The translations under genes were made by a program, and so were the position numbers. This document shows, in pieces, positions 25,895-36,465 of a stretch of 64,000 nt of DNA. The notes below the pieces were generated by a model, which saw only the letters and a list, made by a program, of their open reading frames with translations, had not been told where the DNA came from and did no database searches. Position 1 is the first letter of the stretch. Every line of letters begins with the position of its first letter. The DNA is from Synergistaceae bacterium (GTDB taxonomy: Bacteria; Synergistota; Synergistia; Synergistales; Synergistaceae): assembly GCA_031289775.1 (NCBI GenBank), contig JAITOY010000002.1, forward strand, positions 28,337 through 92,336, given 5' to 3'.

Positions 25895-28426
25895 ATGAAA
25901 AAAAATCTCAGCAATCATTTGGTCATACTTTCATTTTTCGTCTCTGCCATAACCGTGCTTATCATATCAGTATACGCCAGTCTCATGATGAACTCCACAT
26001 CGGACTTCCTGAAGTCGAATATCGAATCGCGCCTGCTCTCCATCAGCCGCTACGCGGCTCAGTTGATTTCAGCGGACGAGCTGGAACAGCTCGTCACGCC
26101 GGAGGACATGCAAAAGCCGATTTACGCCGAGATCAAGGAACGGCTGATTGCCTTTGGCGAGGAAGCGGACATACTCTTCGTCTATTATTTGCGAGACGCC
26201 GGCAACGACGAGATGCAGTTCATCGTCGACAACGACACGACCGAGGACGCGGTTGACCTCGAAACTCCGCCGATACCTTATGAGGAGAGCCCGAAATTAG
26301 CGCAGAGCGGCACGGCGTCCACCGCTGGGCTGGGGAATTACTCCGTCGGTTATACAGGGCTCCTCTCGGCGTTCGCGCCGGTGTTCGATTCGGAGGGGAA
26401 CGTCATTGCGATAGTGGGGGTCGACATCACGGACGAGCATGTCCTGCTGATGAAGAGGCGCATAAACACGCTCTCTCTTTTGCTGATCGTCTCCATGACC
26501 GTCGCCATATCGAGCGGTTACATCGGTTTTTCGCTCTACAAAAAGAAGGCGGCGCAGTCCGAGGTCGCCAACATATCGAAGAGCCTCTTCCTCGCCAACA
26601 TAAGCCACGAGATGCGCACGCCCCTCAACGCCATCATCGGCCTCTCAGAGCTGACCCTCGACTCGGACGACGTGCGCGGCGAGGCCAGAGAGAACATGGA
26701 GAAGGTCTACAACTCAGGCATGACTCTGCTTAGTCTCATCAACGACATTCTCGACATCTCAAAAATCGAGGCGGGAAGGTTCGATCTGATTCCGGCCGAG
26801 TACGACACGCCGAGCCTCATCAACGACGCTGTCACGCTCAATATAATCCGCATTGGCTCAAAACCCATTACGTTCAGCCTGTCGATCGACCCGGCTCTGC
26901 CGGGCAGCCTCTTAGGGGATGAGGTGAGGATCAAGCAGATTCTGAACAACCTCCTCTCCAACGCTTTTAAATACACGAAGGAGGGCAAAATCGATCTTGG
27001 CATCTCGTTCGAGCGAGAAGGGGAAAGCGTCTGGATCACCTTTAGTGTCAGCGACACCGGCATTGGCATACACCGGGAGGACATGGAGAAGCTGTTCGTC
27101 GACTACAGCCAGCTCGACTCGAAAAGCAACCGTAAAATCGAGGGCACTGGGCTCGGCCTCGCCATCACGAAAAGGCTCGTGGATATGATGGACGGCGCCA
27201 TCACGGTCGAGAGCGAGTACGGCAGGGGCAGCGTCTTTACAGCGCGCCTCAGACAGGGCGCCGCCGGTGATACCCCTATAGGCGAGGATGTCGTGGAGAA
27301 TCTCAAGCGCTTTCACTACTCCGACAACAAGCGCGACCGAAACGCGCGGCTCGTGCGCGTCCAGATACCGTACGCGAATGTGCTCGTGGTCGACGACATC
27401 GCGACAAATCTTGACGTCGCGAGGGGGATGCTGAAGCCATATGGTATGCAGATCGACTGCGCTACGAGCGGGGCCGCCGCCATCGAGCTCGTGAGGGCCG
27501 GGACGAAGTACAGCGCGATATTCATGGATCATATGATGCCCGGTATGGATGGGATCGAGGCCCTGCGTCTGATTCGGGAGGATATAGGCACGGAGTACGC
27601 CAGGACTGTCCCCATAATCGCGCTCACGGCCAACGCGGTCGTCGGCAACAAGGAGATGTTCCTCAAGAGTGGCTTCCAGGACTTCCTTACGAAGCCTATC
27701 GACATCATGAGAATGGATGCCGTCATAAACCGCTGGGTGCGCGACATGGAGATGGAGATGGCCCCTGCGGAAGCCCCGGCAGGGGAGGACTCCGCCAACG
27801 GAGGACTGGCGGGGAAGCCGGACAGGAGGAAGCTCCGAGAGAGGAGGGTTAACGGAGTCGATTTAGAGATTGGACTGAGGCGTTTCGGCGGCGACGAGGA
27901 CGTTTATTATGACGTGTTGAAGTCATACGTGCGCAACACGCCTTCCCTGATCGACGAGATTCGGGACTGCCGGGAGGATGGCTTGGCCGCTTACGCCGTG
28001 GTAGTTCACGGCATAAAGGGCAGCAGCCGAGGCATCGGGGCTGAGATGATGGGCCTGAGGGCCGAGTCGCTCGAGTTCGCGGCGAAGGACGGCGATTTCG
28101 CGTTCGTCGAGGCGAACAACGGTATTTTCATTGCTGAGACTGAAAAGTTGATCGGCGAGCTCTCCGCCATACTGCAAAGCGTTGACGCCGAGACGGAAAG
28201 ACCGATGAGGCCTGCGCCGGATGAGGCGGCGCTGGACTCCCTGATGGAGGCCTGCGCCGGATTCGACATCGACGGCGTGGATAGGGCAATGGAGGAGTTG
28301 GAGAGCTTCGATTACGAATCCGGCTTCGAGCTTGTAGTTTGGCTGAGAAATCAGGTGAGCCTCATGGGCTTCAAGGGGATCAAGGAACGTCTCGAGAGCA
28401 GAAAAAAATCTCGGGCGCAATCCTGA
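25895..28426 (+). CDS. Hybrid sensor histidine kinase (TM-sensor-TM, HisKA, HATPase_c, REC, Hpt)
   Basis: GAGGTGGGG RBS. The H-box is [17 protein letters not shown]. The N/G boxes are …NAFKYT…SDTGIGI…GTGLGLAI. The receiver is [10 protein letters not shown]…[13 protein letters not shown]…ALTANA. The C-terminal Hpt-like histidine is in [15 protein letters not shown]. Confidence 0.8.
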   Translation: MKKNLSNHLVILSFFVSAITVLIISVYASLMMNSTSDFLKSNIESRLLSISRYAAQLISADELEQLVTPEDMQKPIYAEIKERLIAFGEEADILFVYYLRDAGNDEMQFIVDNDTTEDAVDLETPPIPYEESPKLAQSGTASTAGLGNYSVGYTGLLSAFAPVFDSEGNVIAIVGVDITDEHVLLMKRRINTLSLLLIVSMTVAISSGYIGFSLYKKKAAQSEVANISKSLFLANISHEMRTPLNAIIGLSELTLDSDDVRGEARENMEKVYNSGMTLLSLINDILDISKIEAGRFDLIPAEYDTPSLINDAVTLNIIRIGSKPITFSLSIDPALPGSLLGDEVRIKQILNNLLSNAFKYTKEGKIDLGISFEREGESVWITFSVSDTGIGIHREDMEKLFVDYSQLDSKSNRKIEGTGLGLAITKRLVDMMDGAITVESEYGRGSVFTARLRQGAAGDTPIGEDVVENLKRFHYSDNKRDRNARLVRVQIPYANVLVVDDIATNLDVARGMLKPYGMQIDCATSGAAAIELVRAGTKYSAIFMDHMMPGMDGIEALRLIREDIGTEYARTVPIIALTANAVVGNKEMFLKSGFQDFLTKPIDIMRMDAVINRWVRDMEMEMAPAEAPAGEDSANGGLAGKPDRRKLRERRVNGVDLEIGLRRFGGDEDVYYDVLKSYVRNTPSLIDEIRDCREDGLAAYAVVVHGIKGSSRGIGAEMMGLRAESLEFAAKDGDFAFVEANNGIFIAETEKLIGELSAILQSVDAETERPMRPAPDEAALDSLMEACAGFDIDGVDRAMEELESFDYESGFELVVWLRNQVSLMGFKGIKERLESRKKSRAQS

Positions 28427-28516
28427 AACGGCGCGGGCATAAGCGCTCGCCCAAGGCTCTGGCAAGAGCCGTGCGGTTCGGCTATTCCGGGCTTATCCGA
28501 GGAGGTTTTAAGAGAG

Positions 28517-29596
28517 ATGGACAAAGCGCGCAGGACGATTTTGCTCGTGGACGACAACGCCACTAACCTCACGATGGGGAAGGAAATCCTGAAGGAGAAT
28601 TATAAAGTTTACCCGATTCCCTCGGCTGAGATCATGTTCGATTTGATAGAGAACGTCACGCCCGACATGATCCTCCTCGATATAGAGATGCCTGAGATGG
28701 ATGGATACGAGGCCATAAAAAAATTGAAGGCCAACCCGGCATTGGCGGAGATTCCAGTCATATTTCTGACCTCGAAGATAGATGAGGGCAGCGAGCTGGA
28801 GGGTCTGAGCCTCGGCGCCATAGACTACGTCGCGAAGCCTTTTTCAGCCCCGCTCCTGCTCAAACGGATAGAAAACCATCTTTTTACCGAGCTGCAGAAA
28901 AAGCAGCTGAAGGAGTTCAACAACAACCTCGAGGAGATGGTGAACCTGAAGACGGCACAGGTGCTGAATCTGCAAAACGCCGTTTTGAGCACGGTGGCGG
29001 ATCTTGTCGAGTTTCGCGACGACGTCACGGGAGGGCATATAGCGCGGACGCAGAGGTACCTGAAGATTTTGCTAGACGAGATTCTCGCCGGGGACATCTA
29101 CGCCGATGAGAGGGCAAACTGGGAAATGAACTACCTGCTTCCCTCGGCACAGCTCCACGACGTTGGGAAAATAGCGATCAGCGACTTGATATTGAACAAG
29201 CCCGGGAAGCTCACGCCCGAGGAGTTCGAGATAATGAAGACGCACGTGGTGATTGGCGTCAAGGCAATAAGGAAAATCGAACAAAACGCTGAGGAGCACT
29301 CTTTTTTGAGGCACGCGCGGCTCATCGCCGGGGGCCACCATGAAAAATGGGACGGCAGCGGATATCCAGCAGGGCTCCGGGGGCGCGACATCCCGCTCGA
29401 GGGGCGCCTCATGGCGATCGCGGACGTTTACGACGCGCTGGTATCGACGCGCCCATACAAACGACCAATGAGCATCGACGAGGCGCGTGCGATCATAGAG
29501 GCTGGCAGTGGGGCTCACTTCGACCCCATACTGACCGACGTCTTCTCGAAGACGGCCGACAAATTCGCCGAGGTGGTGAAGGACTCGATAATATAA
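28517..29596 (+). CDS. Response regulator with an HD-GYP domain (c-di-GMP phosphodiesterase type)
   Basis: The REC domain is ILLVDDNATN…MILLDIEMPEMDG. The HD-GYP motifs are HDVGKIAI…GHHEKWDGSGYP. Confidence 0.8.
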   Translation: MDKARRTILLVDDNATNLTMGKEILKENYKVYPIPSAEIMFDLIENVTPDMILLDIEMPEMDGYEAIKKLKANPALAEIPVIFLTSKIDEGSELEGLSLGAIDYVAKPFSAPLLLKRIENHLFTELQKKQLKEFNNNLEEMVNLKTAQVLNLQNAVLSTVADLVEFRDDVTGGHIARTQRYLKILLDEILAGDIYADERANWEMNYLLPSAQLHDVGKIAISDLILNKPGKLTPEEFEIMKTHVVIGVKAIRKIEQNAEEHSFLRHARLIAGGHHEKWDGSGYPAGLRGRDIPLEGRLMAIADVYDALVSTRPYKRPMSIDEARAIIEAGSGAHFDPILTDVFSKTADKFAEVVKDSII

Positions 29597-29616
29597 TATC
29601 TTTATTATAGAAACGA

Positions 29617-29638
29617 GCGCGGTTATCCGCGCGAATTT
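29617..29638 (+). terminator. Possible weak terminator hairpin after the HD-GYP response regulator gene
   Basis: gcgcgg-ttat-ccgcgc forms a 6-bp stem, followed by gaattt. The U-tract is poor. Confidence 0.25.
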
Positions 29639-29654
29639 GACTGGGGGAGAATGC

Positions 29655-30833
29655 ATGAACAACTTCGAGTTTTTCGCGCCGACGCGCATCATTTATGGCC
29701 GGGGCACTCACAGGGAGATAGGCGAGCTTTTGAAGCCGATCGCGAAAAAAGTTCTGCTGCACTACGGCGGCGGCAGCGTAAAAAAAAGCGGCGTCTACGA
29801 CGCAGTGGTAGCGTCGCTCGAGGCGAGCGGGATTGAATTCGTCGAGCTTGGCGGGGTAGCGCCCAACCCAAAACTATCGCTCGTCCTGGAGGGCGTTGCG
29901 CTTTCTCGGAGGGAGAACGTGGACGCCGTTCTCGCCGTTGGCGGCGGAAGCGCGATCGACTCGTCGAAGGCAATCGCGCTTGGCGTCTGCCTCGACGGCG
30001 ACCTATGGGACATCTATGAGAGCAAGGCCAGTGTTGAACGCGCCCTGCCGGTCGTGGTCATATTGACGATACCGGCTGCCGGCAGCGAGTCGAGCGAGGT
30101 CTCTGTCATCACGAACGAGAAAAAAGAGCTCAAGATCGGCTACCATAGTCCTCTTATCCGTCCGAAACTCAGCGTGATAAACCCGGAGCTTTTTTTCACG
30201 CTCCCGAAAAACCAGATTGCGAACGGCATAGCGGACATGATGAGCCATATTTTCGAGCGTTATTTCACGAACACGCTTCACGTCGACCTGACGGACTCTC
30301 TCTGCGAGGCTACGCTCAGGACGATAATAAAAAATGGGCCGGCGCTTGTCGAAAACCCGCGCGACTACGACGCGTGGGCAGAGATAGGTTTTTCCGCGAC
30401 CATCGCTCATAACGACATTTTAGGTGTCGGGCGTGAGCAGGACTGGGCGTCGCACCGCATACAACACCAACTGTCCGCACTGTACGACATCGCGCACGGC
30501 GCCGGGCTCGCCGTACTCACGCCCTTCTGGATGAAATACGTTTACAAGGACAACGTCAACATGTTCGCGCAGTTTGCCGTAAAGGTCATGGGCGTGGACG
30601 CGAGCTTCCGCGACCCGGAGGCCGTCGCCCTGGCGGGAATCGACAGATTGAGCGCGCTTTTCAGGGGGATGAACCTCCCCGTCACGCTCCGGGATCTCGG
30701 TATAGGCGAGGAGAATCTGGAGCGCATGGCGAAAGGCGCGACCGGCGAGTCATCAGGCAAGGAAAAACCGATAGGCGGTCTGAAAAAACTGTACTGGCAG
30801 GACGCGCTCGCGATATACAAAATGGCGCTGTGA
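29655..30833 (+). CDS. Iron-containing alcohol dehydrogenase (NADH-dependent butanol/1,3-propanediol dehydrogenase family)
   Basis: MNNFEFFAPTRIIYGRG… with a GGGS NAD-binding motif (LLHYGGGSV), and Fe-ADH signatures (AVGGGSAIDSSKAIA; HxxxH region HGAGLAVLTPFWM). Confidence 0.8.
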   Translation: MNNFEFFAPTRIIYGRGTHREIGELLKPIAKKVLLHYGGGSVKKSGVYDAVVASLEASGIEFVELGGVAPNPKLSLVLEGVALSRRENVDAVLAVGGGSAIDSSKAIALGVCLDGDLWDIYESKASVERALPVVVILTIPAAGSESSEVSVITNEKKELKIGYHSPLIRPKLSVINPELFFTLPKNQIANGIADMMSHIFERYFTNTLHVDLTDSLCEATLRTIIKNGPALVENPRDYDAWAEIGFSATIAHNDILGVGREQDWASHRIQHQLSALYDIAHGAGLAVLTPFWMKYVYKDNVNMFAQFAVKVMGVDASFRDPEAVALAGIDRLSALFRGMNLPVTLRDLGIGEENLERMAKGATGESSGKEKPIGGLKKLYWQDALAIYKMAL

Positions 30834-30865
30834 TGCGGCGTTCGGCGCGGATGATATAATAAATC

Positions 30866-31993
30866 ATGTTCGAGTTCAAGATAATCGCGGCGTGTCCCGT
30901 GACCGGGGCGAGGGCGGGGGAGTTTGTCACTCGGCACGGCACGGTCGAAACTCCTCTTTTTATGCCTGTCGGCACTCAGGCGACCGTGAAGGCCATGTCG
31001 CCGCGAGAACTGGAGGAGATAGGCGCTTCTATCGTCCTCGGCAACACATACCACCTTTACCTTCGGCCCGGCGCGGCCGTAATCGCCGAAGCGGGCGGGC
31101 TTCACGGCTTCATGAACTGGAACGGAGGAATACTCACCGACAGCGGCGGATTTCAGGTATTTTCGTTATCGCAGCTTCGTAAAATAACGGAGGACGGCGT
31201 CGAGTTTCGCTCGCACATCGACGGGAGCGCTCACTTCATGACGCCGGAGCTTTCGATCGACGTCCAGCAAAAGCTGGGCAGTGATATAGCCATGTGTTTC
31301 GACGAGTGCGTGAAACTGCCGACGACGGAGGATACGTCGCGCGAGGCGGTCGGGCGCACCTTAAGATGGGCAGAGCGGTGTAAAAATTTTCACAAGCGGG
31401 ACGACCAGGCGCTTTTTGGCATAGTGCAGGGGGGGCTTTTTGAGGATCAGAGGCTCCTTTGCGCCAGCAGCCTCGTCGACATCGACTTCCCTGGCTACGC
31501 GATCGGCGGGCTATCTGTGGGCGAACCTCGCGAGGAGATGTATCGAATCCTCGACGTCCTGGGCCCTGCGCTTCCGAAGAACCGGCCGAGATATCTCATG
31601 GGCGTCGGGATGCCGGACAACCTCGTAGAGGGGGTCGCTCGCGGCGTCGATATGTTCGACTGCGTCCTGCCGACCCGCAACGGGCGCAATGGCAACCTGC
31701 TCACCCACGTCGGCAGGATAAATATAAAAAACGCGGCATACGCGCGGGACTTCAGGCCGATCGACGAAAAGTGCGGCTGTTATGCCTGCTCCAACTTCAC
31801 GAGGGCTTACGTAAGGCACCTTTATAAATGCGGAGAGATACTCGCGGCTCGCCTTTGCACCTGGCACAACCTTCATTTTCTCGTGGGGTTGATGAAAGAG
31901 GCGCGAAGGGCGATAATAAACGGAAGTTATCCTGACTTTTACAACGGTTTTTTGCGCAGCTGGTTTGCGGAGGACGTGGGCAATGATTTATGA
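30866..31993 (+). CDS. tgt: Queuine tRNA-ribosyltransferase (tRNA-guanine transglycosylase)
   Basis: The start is MFEFKI…TRHGTVETPLFMPVGT. It has LGNTYHL, a DSGGFQ active site and the Zn motif CxC…C…H (CGCYACSNF…H). Confidence 0.85.
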   Translation: MFEFKIIAACPVTGARAGEFVTRHGTVETPLFMPVGTQATVKAMSPRELEEIGASIVLGNTYHLYLRPGAAVIAEAGGLHGFMNWNGGILTDSGGFQVFSLSQLRKITEDGVEFRSHIDGSAHFMTPELSIDVQQKLGSDIAMCFDECVKLPTTEDTSREAVGRTLRWAERCKNFHKRDDQALFGIVQGGLFEDQRLLCASSLVDIDFPGYAIGGLSVGEPREEMYRILDVLGPALPKNRPRYLMGVGMPDNLVEGVARGVDMFDCVLPTRNGRNGNLLTHVGRINIKNAAYARDFRPIDEKCGCYACSNFTRAYVRHLYKCGEILAARLCTWHNLHFLVGLMKEARRAIINGSYPDFYNGFLRSWFAEDVGNDL

Positions 31994-32981
31994 AACGAGC
32001 GAAACGAAAATAGTCCCGGCGACACGGGAGTGGATTGCGAGTGCCGCGGAGATAATAAAATCCGGCGGGCTCGTCGCGTTTCCGACAGAGACTGTATATG
32101 GGCTGGGGGCGAACGCTCTCGACGGCGGGGCTGTGGGAAAAATTTTCAAGGCGAAGGGGCGTCCGCAGGACAACCCGCTGATCCTTCACGTCTCAGGCAT
32201 ACGAGACGCCATGAAATACGCTGAGGTAAACGAAAGCGCGGAGGCCATGATGCACGCCTTCTGGCCAGGTCCGCTCACGATAGTGATGTTTTCGACCGCC
32301 TCGGCGGACACAGACTGCCAGGTTCCATCTGTGACGAGAGCAAACCTCGGCACAGTGGCGTTGCGGGCGCCGCTTCACCCTGTCGCGATATCCCTGATAG
32401 AGTCGACCGGTTTCCCAATTGCGGCCCCGTCGGCGAACAGAAGCGGGCGTCCAAGCCCAACGACGGCACAGGCCGTCGCCGACGACCTCGGGGACGCGGT
32501 CGACCTGATACTCGACGGCGGCCCGACAAAAATCGGGGTGGAGTCGACAGTCGTCGACGCGACGCGCGGTTCTGTAGCGATCCTGAGGCCTGGCGGAGTG
32601 ACTGAAGAGATGCTCGGGAAGGTCGTCGACCTGTTCGAAGGTGACGAGGGCGATATCGCGCACAGGTCGCCTGGCACGAGACACAGGCATTACGCACCCG
32701 ATATTCCCCTGTTTCTTTGGGATGGAGAGGAGCGCGATTCGTTCGTGAGGGTGCTCGGCGTCAGGTGGTGTTATATGGGGCTCAGGGAGCCCCCGAGCGA
32801 CCTGGATACGTCGCACCGCAAGGCAATATTCAGCTCGGTCGACGAATACGCGAGGGAGCTTTTTACGAAACTGCGCGAGTTCGAGTCCTGCGGCGGGGAG
32901 ATAATAATAGCGGAGCTCCCGGACGGGCGTAACATTGGCGGCGCGGTTCGCAACCGGCTTATGCGGGCCGCCGGCTCATAA
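31983..32981 (+). CDS. L-threonylcarbamoyladenylate synthase (Sua5/YwlC type with a C-terminal Sua5 domain)
   Basis: The YrdC-fold motifs are GGLVAFPTETVYGLGANALD and KGRPQDNPLILHV. The ~338-aa length implies the extra Sua5 C-terminal domain. The start is taken at ATG 31983. Confidence 0.7.
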   Translation: MIYETSETKIVPATREWIASAAEIIKSGGLVAFPTETVYGLGANALDGGAVGKIFKAKGRPQDNPLILHVSGIRDAMKYAEVNESAEAMMHAFWPGPLTIVMFSTASADTDCQVPSVTRANLGTVALRAPLHPVAISLIESTGFPIAAPSANRSGRPSPTTAQAVADDLGDAVDLILDGGPTKIGVESTVVDATRGSVAILRPGGVTEEMLGKVVDLFEGDEGDIAHRSPGTRHRHYAPDIPLFLWDGEERDSFVRVLGVRWCYMGLREPPSDLDTSHRKAIFSSVDEYARELFTKLREFESCGGEIIIAELPDGRNIGGAVRNRLMRAAGS

Positions 32982-32999
32982 AAAAGGGGAACGAATATT

Positions 33000-33824
33000 A
33001 TGAAGATTTACATAAGCGCGGATATGGAGGGCGCGACTGGCGTTGTCCATAGTCGCCAGACGGATCACAGGGAACCGGAGTACGCCTTTGGACGCAAAAT
33101 GCAGCTGCACGATGTCAGGGTCGTCGTCAAAGGCGCGCTCGACGCAGGCGCGGACGAGATATTGATAAACGACTCCCACTGGCGCATGATCAACCTCGAC
33201 ATCTCCGAGCTAGGTTTTGATTCGAGGGTGCGCCTTATCTCGGGCGCGTCCAAAACGCTCTGCATGGTCGAAGGGCTGCAGGGGTATGACGCGGCGTTTT
33301 TTGTGGGTTATCACGCCAAGGCCGGGACGCCGAGGGCGATCATCGACCATACGATGAGCGACGCGATATACTCCATATCCCTGAACGGTCGCGAGGTGGG
33401 GGAGACGGGCCTAAACGCGGCGGTTTGCGCGGCTTGCGGCGTTCCCGTAGCTCTCGTGACCGGCGACACCGCGCTCTGCGCCGAGGCTGTGGAGCTTTTG
33501 GGCGATGGGCTTGTGGCCGCGGGGGTGAAAGAGGCTCGAGGCTGTCAGGCGGCTACTTGCCTGCTCCCTGAGGAGAGCGGCCCCCTGCTGAAAGAGGCCG
33601 CTTCCAAGGCGACAGAGCGCGCGCGCTCCGGAGGCGCGCCCGTTATGGACATCGGCGACGGTTCGTTCGACCTCCGCCTCACGTTCCGCAGCGCGGCTCA
33701 GTGTGACAACGCCGCTGTAGCGCCAGGTTCCGAGAGAATTGACGGACGAACCCTGCGCATAACCGGCAGCGGCATGACGGATATGATGCGCTGGACTCTG
33801 GCGCTTATTTCGCTTTCCTCATGA
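33000..33824 (+). CDS. D-aminopeptidase DppA (peptidase family M55)
   Basis: MKIYISADMEGATGVV… is the characteristic M55 N-terminus. It sits ahead of a Dpp ABC operon, as in Bacillus dppA. Confidence 0.65.
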   Translation: MKIYISADMEGATGVVHSRQTDHREPEYAFGRKMQLHDVRVVVKGALDAGADEILINDSHWRMINLDISELGFDSRVRLISGASKTLCMVEGLQGYDAAFFVGYHAKAGTPRAIIDHTMSDAIYSISLNGREVGETGLNAAVCAACGVPVALVTGDTALCAEAVELLGDGLVAAGVKEARGCQAATCLLPEESGPLLKEAASKATERARSGGAPVMDIGDGSFDLRLTFRSAAQCDNAAVAPGSERIDGRTLRITGSGMTDMMRWTLALISLSS

Positions 33825-33868
33825 GCGGGAAAATATAATCAATCGAGAAATAGGAGGAGTGACTTAAT

Positions 33869-35479
33869 ATGGAAAAAATGAATAAAAACCTGATATGTAG
33901 AATTTCGCTCGCGGCAGCCCTCTGTCTTTGCCTCTCTTTGCCGCTTTTCGCGGCGGAGGCGGACAAAAAAATCCTGCGCTACGGCGCGGTGAACCAGAAA
34001 TCGACGCTCGACATGCAGTTGAACACTTACAGCCGCGTGATGGACATATCCGACGCCATCGTGGAGCCGCTCCTGCGGATCGATGAGGAGAACAGGTTGA
34101 TTCCGGTTCTCCTGGACGAGACGCCGAAGCCGTCGAAGGACGGACGGACATATCGCTTCAAGCTCAAACCAGGTATAAAGTTCCACGACGGCACGACGCT
34201 AAAAGCGTCCGACGTGCAGTACACGTTCGAGCGTATGTTCAAACCCTCCACGGAGGCCGTGGCGACGTATATATGCGACATGATCGTCGGCGCTCAGGAT
34301 ATGCTCGAGGGCAACTCCGAGGATCTGAAGGGCTTCAAGGTAATAGACGACCTCACGTTCGAGATAACGCTCGACTTCCCGTACTCGCCGTTTTTAAATG
34401 CGATCGCGACGTCGTACGCTGGGATATACTCGCGGAAAGCTTGCGAGGCCGCCGGAAAAGATTGGGGGCTTGTGACATACATCGGCACAGGGCCGTTCAA
34501 GGTGACGAAAATGGATCTCGACAACGGCGTCGTCACTGAACGCTTTGAGGATTATCACGGCGACAAACAGCCCCTCGACGGCATAGAGTTTATTTTCATC
34601 GAGGATCCGAACACGAGGCGCATGGAGTACGAGAGCGGCAATATAGACATCATGACGCTCGACGCCATGCTGTACCCCGAGTACTCGAAGAGCCGCCTTG
34701 CGCCCGAGATAGGCAGCTACGCTCCTATAGGAATTATATTCGTGGATCCGAACGTGAAAAGCGAGTTCCTGGGCGACGTCAGGGTGCGCGAAGCAGTCAG
34801 TCTCGCTATCGACAGGCGTGCTCTCGCCGATGACCTGATGAAAGGAACGGCGATAGAGGCCCGGTCATTCCTGCCAAAAGGGATGGTTGGTTATGACGAC
34901 AAAGTCGCTCCGTACAAGCGCGACGTCGAGCGGGCCAGGAAGCTGCTGGCGGACGCCGGCTATCCAAATGGCATCGAGGTCGAGAGCTATATCCGCAACA
35001 CGGCGATGAACGAGATGACCGGGCGCATCCTGCTTGCCGTCCAAAACCAGCTCGCGGAGGCCGGGATAAACATCCGCGTCATACAGGTCGACCCGGCGAC
35101 GATGAGCGACATGAGAAGCAACGGCGCCGTGCCATTTGAGGTTTTTGACTGGTATGCCGACTTCCCCGACCCTGACGGGTTTTTATACTCCATGCTTTAC
35201 TCCGTAAACGCCGAGCAGTTGACGAGCAACTACAGAAGCGCCGAGTTCGATAAGCTGCTCGACGACGCGCGCGCGACAGCCGACGCGGAGAAGAGGGCGG
35301 AGCTTTACAAAAAGGCCGACAATATGGCAACGAGGGTCGACTACGCGGCCATCCCCCTGTTTCACGAGAAGCTATACTTCCTCGCGAAGCCGTATGTGAA
35401 AAATTTCAAAATGGTCTACAACGACGTGTTCCACTTCTACGGAGTCGACATAGACCTCGCGGCCAGGAAGAAAAAATAA
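33869..35479 (+). CDS. ABC transporter substrate-binding protein, family 5 (dipeptide/oligopeptide/nickel)
   Basis: AGGAGGAG RBS and a signal peptide. The family-5 SBP pattern (…KFHDGT…TLKASDVQYTFERM…) is present. Confidence 0.8.
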   Translation: MEKMNKNLICRISLAAALCLCLSLPLFAAEADKKILRYGAVNQKSTLDMQLNTYSRVMDISDAIVEPLLRIDEENRLIPVLLDETPKPSKDGRTYRFKLKPGIKFHDGTTLKASDVQYTFERMFKPSTEAVATYICDMIVGAQDMLEGNSEDLKGFKVIDDLTFEITLDFPYSPFLNAIATSYAGIYSRKACEAAGKDWGLVTYIGTGPFKVTKMDLDNGVVTERFEDYHGDKQPLDGIEFIFIEDPNTRRMEYESGNIDIMTLDAMLYPEYSKSRLAPEIGSYAPIGIIFVDPNVKSEFLGDVRVREAVSLAIDRRALADDLMKGTAIEARSFLPKGMVGYDDKVAPYKRDVERARKLLADAGYPNGIEVESYIRNTAMNEMTGRILLAVQNQLAEAGINIRVIQVDPATMSDMRSNGAVPFEVFDWYADFPDPDGFLYSMLYSVNAEQLTSNYRSAEFDKLLDDARATADAEKRAELYKKADNMATRVDYAAIPLFHEKLYFLAKPYVKNFKMVYNDVFHFYGVDIDLAARKKK

Positions 35480-35535
35480 GGATGACTAGATAAATTGATT
35501 GCGTTATTTCTCACGTCGGGGGACAGTTTGGCGGC

Positions 35536-36465
35536 ATGATTGTTTATATCCTGAAGCGTCTGCTCCAGACGATATTTGTCCTGTGGGGCGCCTCGCTAGT
35601 GACATTTATACTGATGAACGTTCTGCCGGGCGACCCGGTTCGCCTCATGCTCGAAAAACGCGCGACGCCGCAGGCCGTTGAACGAATACGGCACGAGATG
35701 GGCCTCGACAAACCAAAGATCACGCAATACCTGGATTTTGTCAAAAACGCGCTAAAGCTGGATCTCGGGCGCTCCTACTTCACAAGGGAGCCGGTGATGA
35801 CCGCGCTGTCGAGGCGGTTTGGGGTTACGCTACGGCTGGCGTCGTCCGCTTACGCAATAGCGCTTGTTCTCGGGATATCCATAGGAGTCCTGTCCGCGCT
35901 CCAGAGGGGGCGTGCGCTAGATTCGGCCGTCAGGGGCGTTGCGGTGCTCGGCATTTCGGCGCCGGTCTTCTGGGTCGCCATCATTTTACAGATGGTCTTC
36001 GGGCTCCGGCTCGGCTGGTTTCCCATCAGCGGCATCCGGTCGGCCGGCAGTTTCGTGCTGCCGGCCGCCGCGCTTGGGCTTCGCCACATGGCCTCTATTT
36101 CGCGCGTCACGCGAACGAGCATGCTCGAAGTCATAAGTCAGGATTATATCAGAACCGCGCGGGCGAAGGGCCTTGCGGAGAACGCCGTAATCCTGAAGCA
36201 CGCGCTCAAAAACGCCCTCATCCCGATAATAACGCTCGCCGGAACGGAGCTTGGCGACCTGTTGACCGGCTCGATGCTCACCGAGTGGGTATTCGCGATT
36301 CCAGGGATAGGCAAGCTGATGGTTGACAGCATACTTATGCGAGACCTGCCGATGCTTCAGGGAACCGTGCTTTATGTGGCCGTGGTTTTTGTCCTCTCGA
36401 ACCTTGCCGTAGACATATCTTACGCGTTTATCGATCCCCGAATACGCTATGCGAAGTCGGACTGA
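35536..36465 (+). CDS. Dpp/Opp ABC permease (DppB-like)
   Basis: It has the N-terminal MIVYILKRLLQTIFVLWGASLVTF and an EAA loop (…YIRTARAKGL…). Confidence 0.8.
   Translation: MIVYILKRLLQTIFVLWGASLVTFILMNVLPGDPVRLMLEKRATPQAVERIRHEMGLDKPKITQYLDFVKNALKLDLGRSYFTREPVMTALSRRFGVTLRLASSAYAIALVLGISIGVLSALQRGRALDSAVRGVAVLGISAPVFWVAIILQMVFGLRLGWFPISGIRSAGSFVLPAAALGLRHMASISRVTRTSMLEVISQDYIRTARAKGLAENAVILKHALKNALIPIITLAGTELGDLLTGSMLTEWVFAIPGIGKLMVDSILMRDLPMLQGTVLYVAVVFVLSNLAVDISYAFIDPRIRYAKSD

Noticed and set aside
25473-26256. ORF-track candidates in the islet: 25473..25706 (-), 25589..25876 (+) and 25864..26256 (+)
   Set aside because: They have no RBS and start at alternative codons. They overlap the better-supported small ORFs or the hybrid kinase start. 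Their sequences have no recognisable features.
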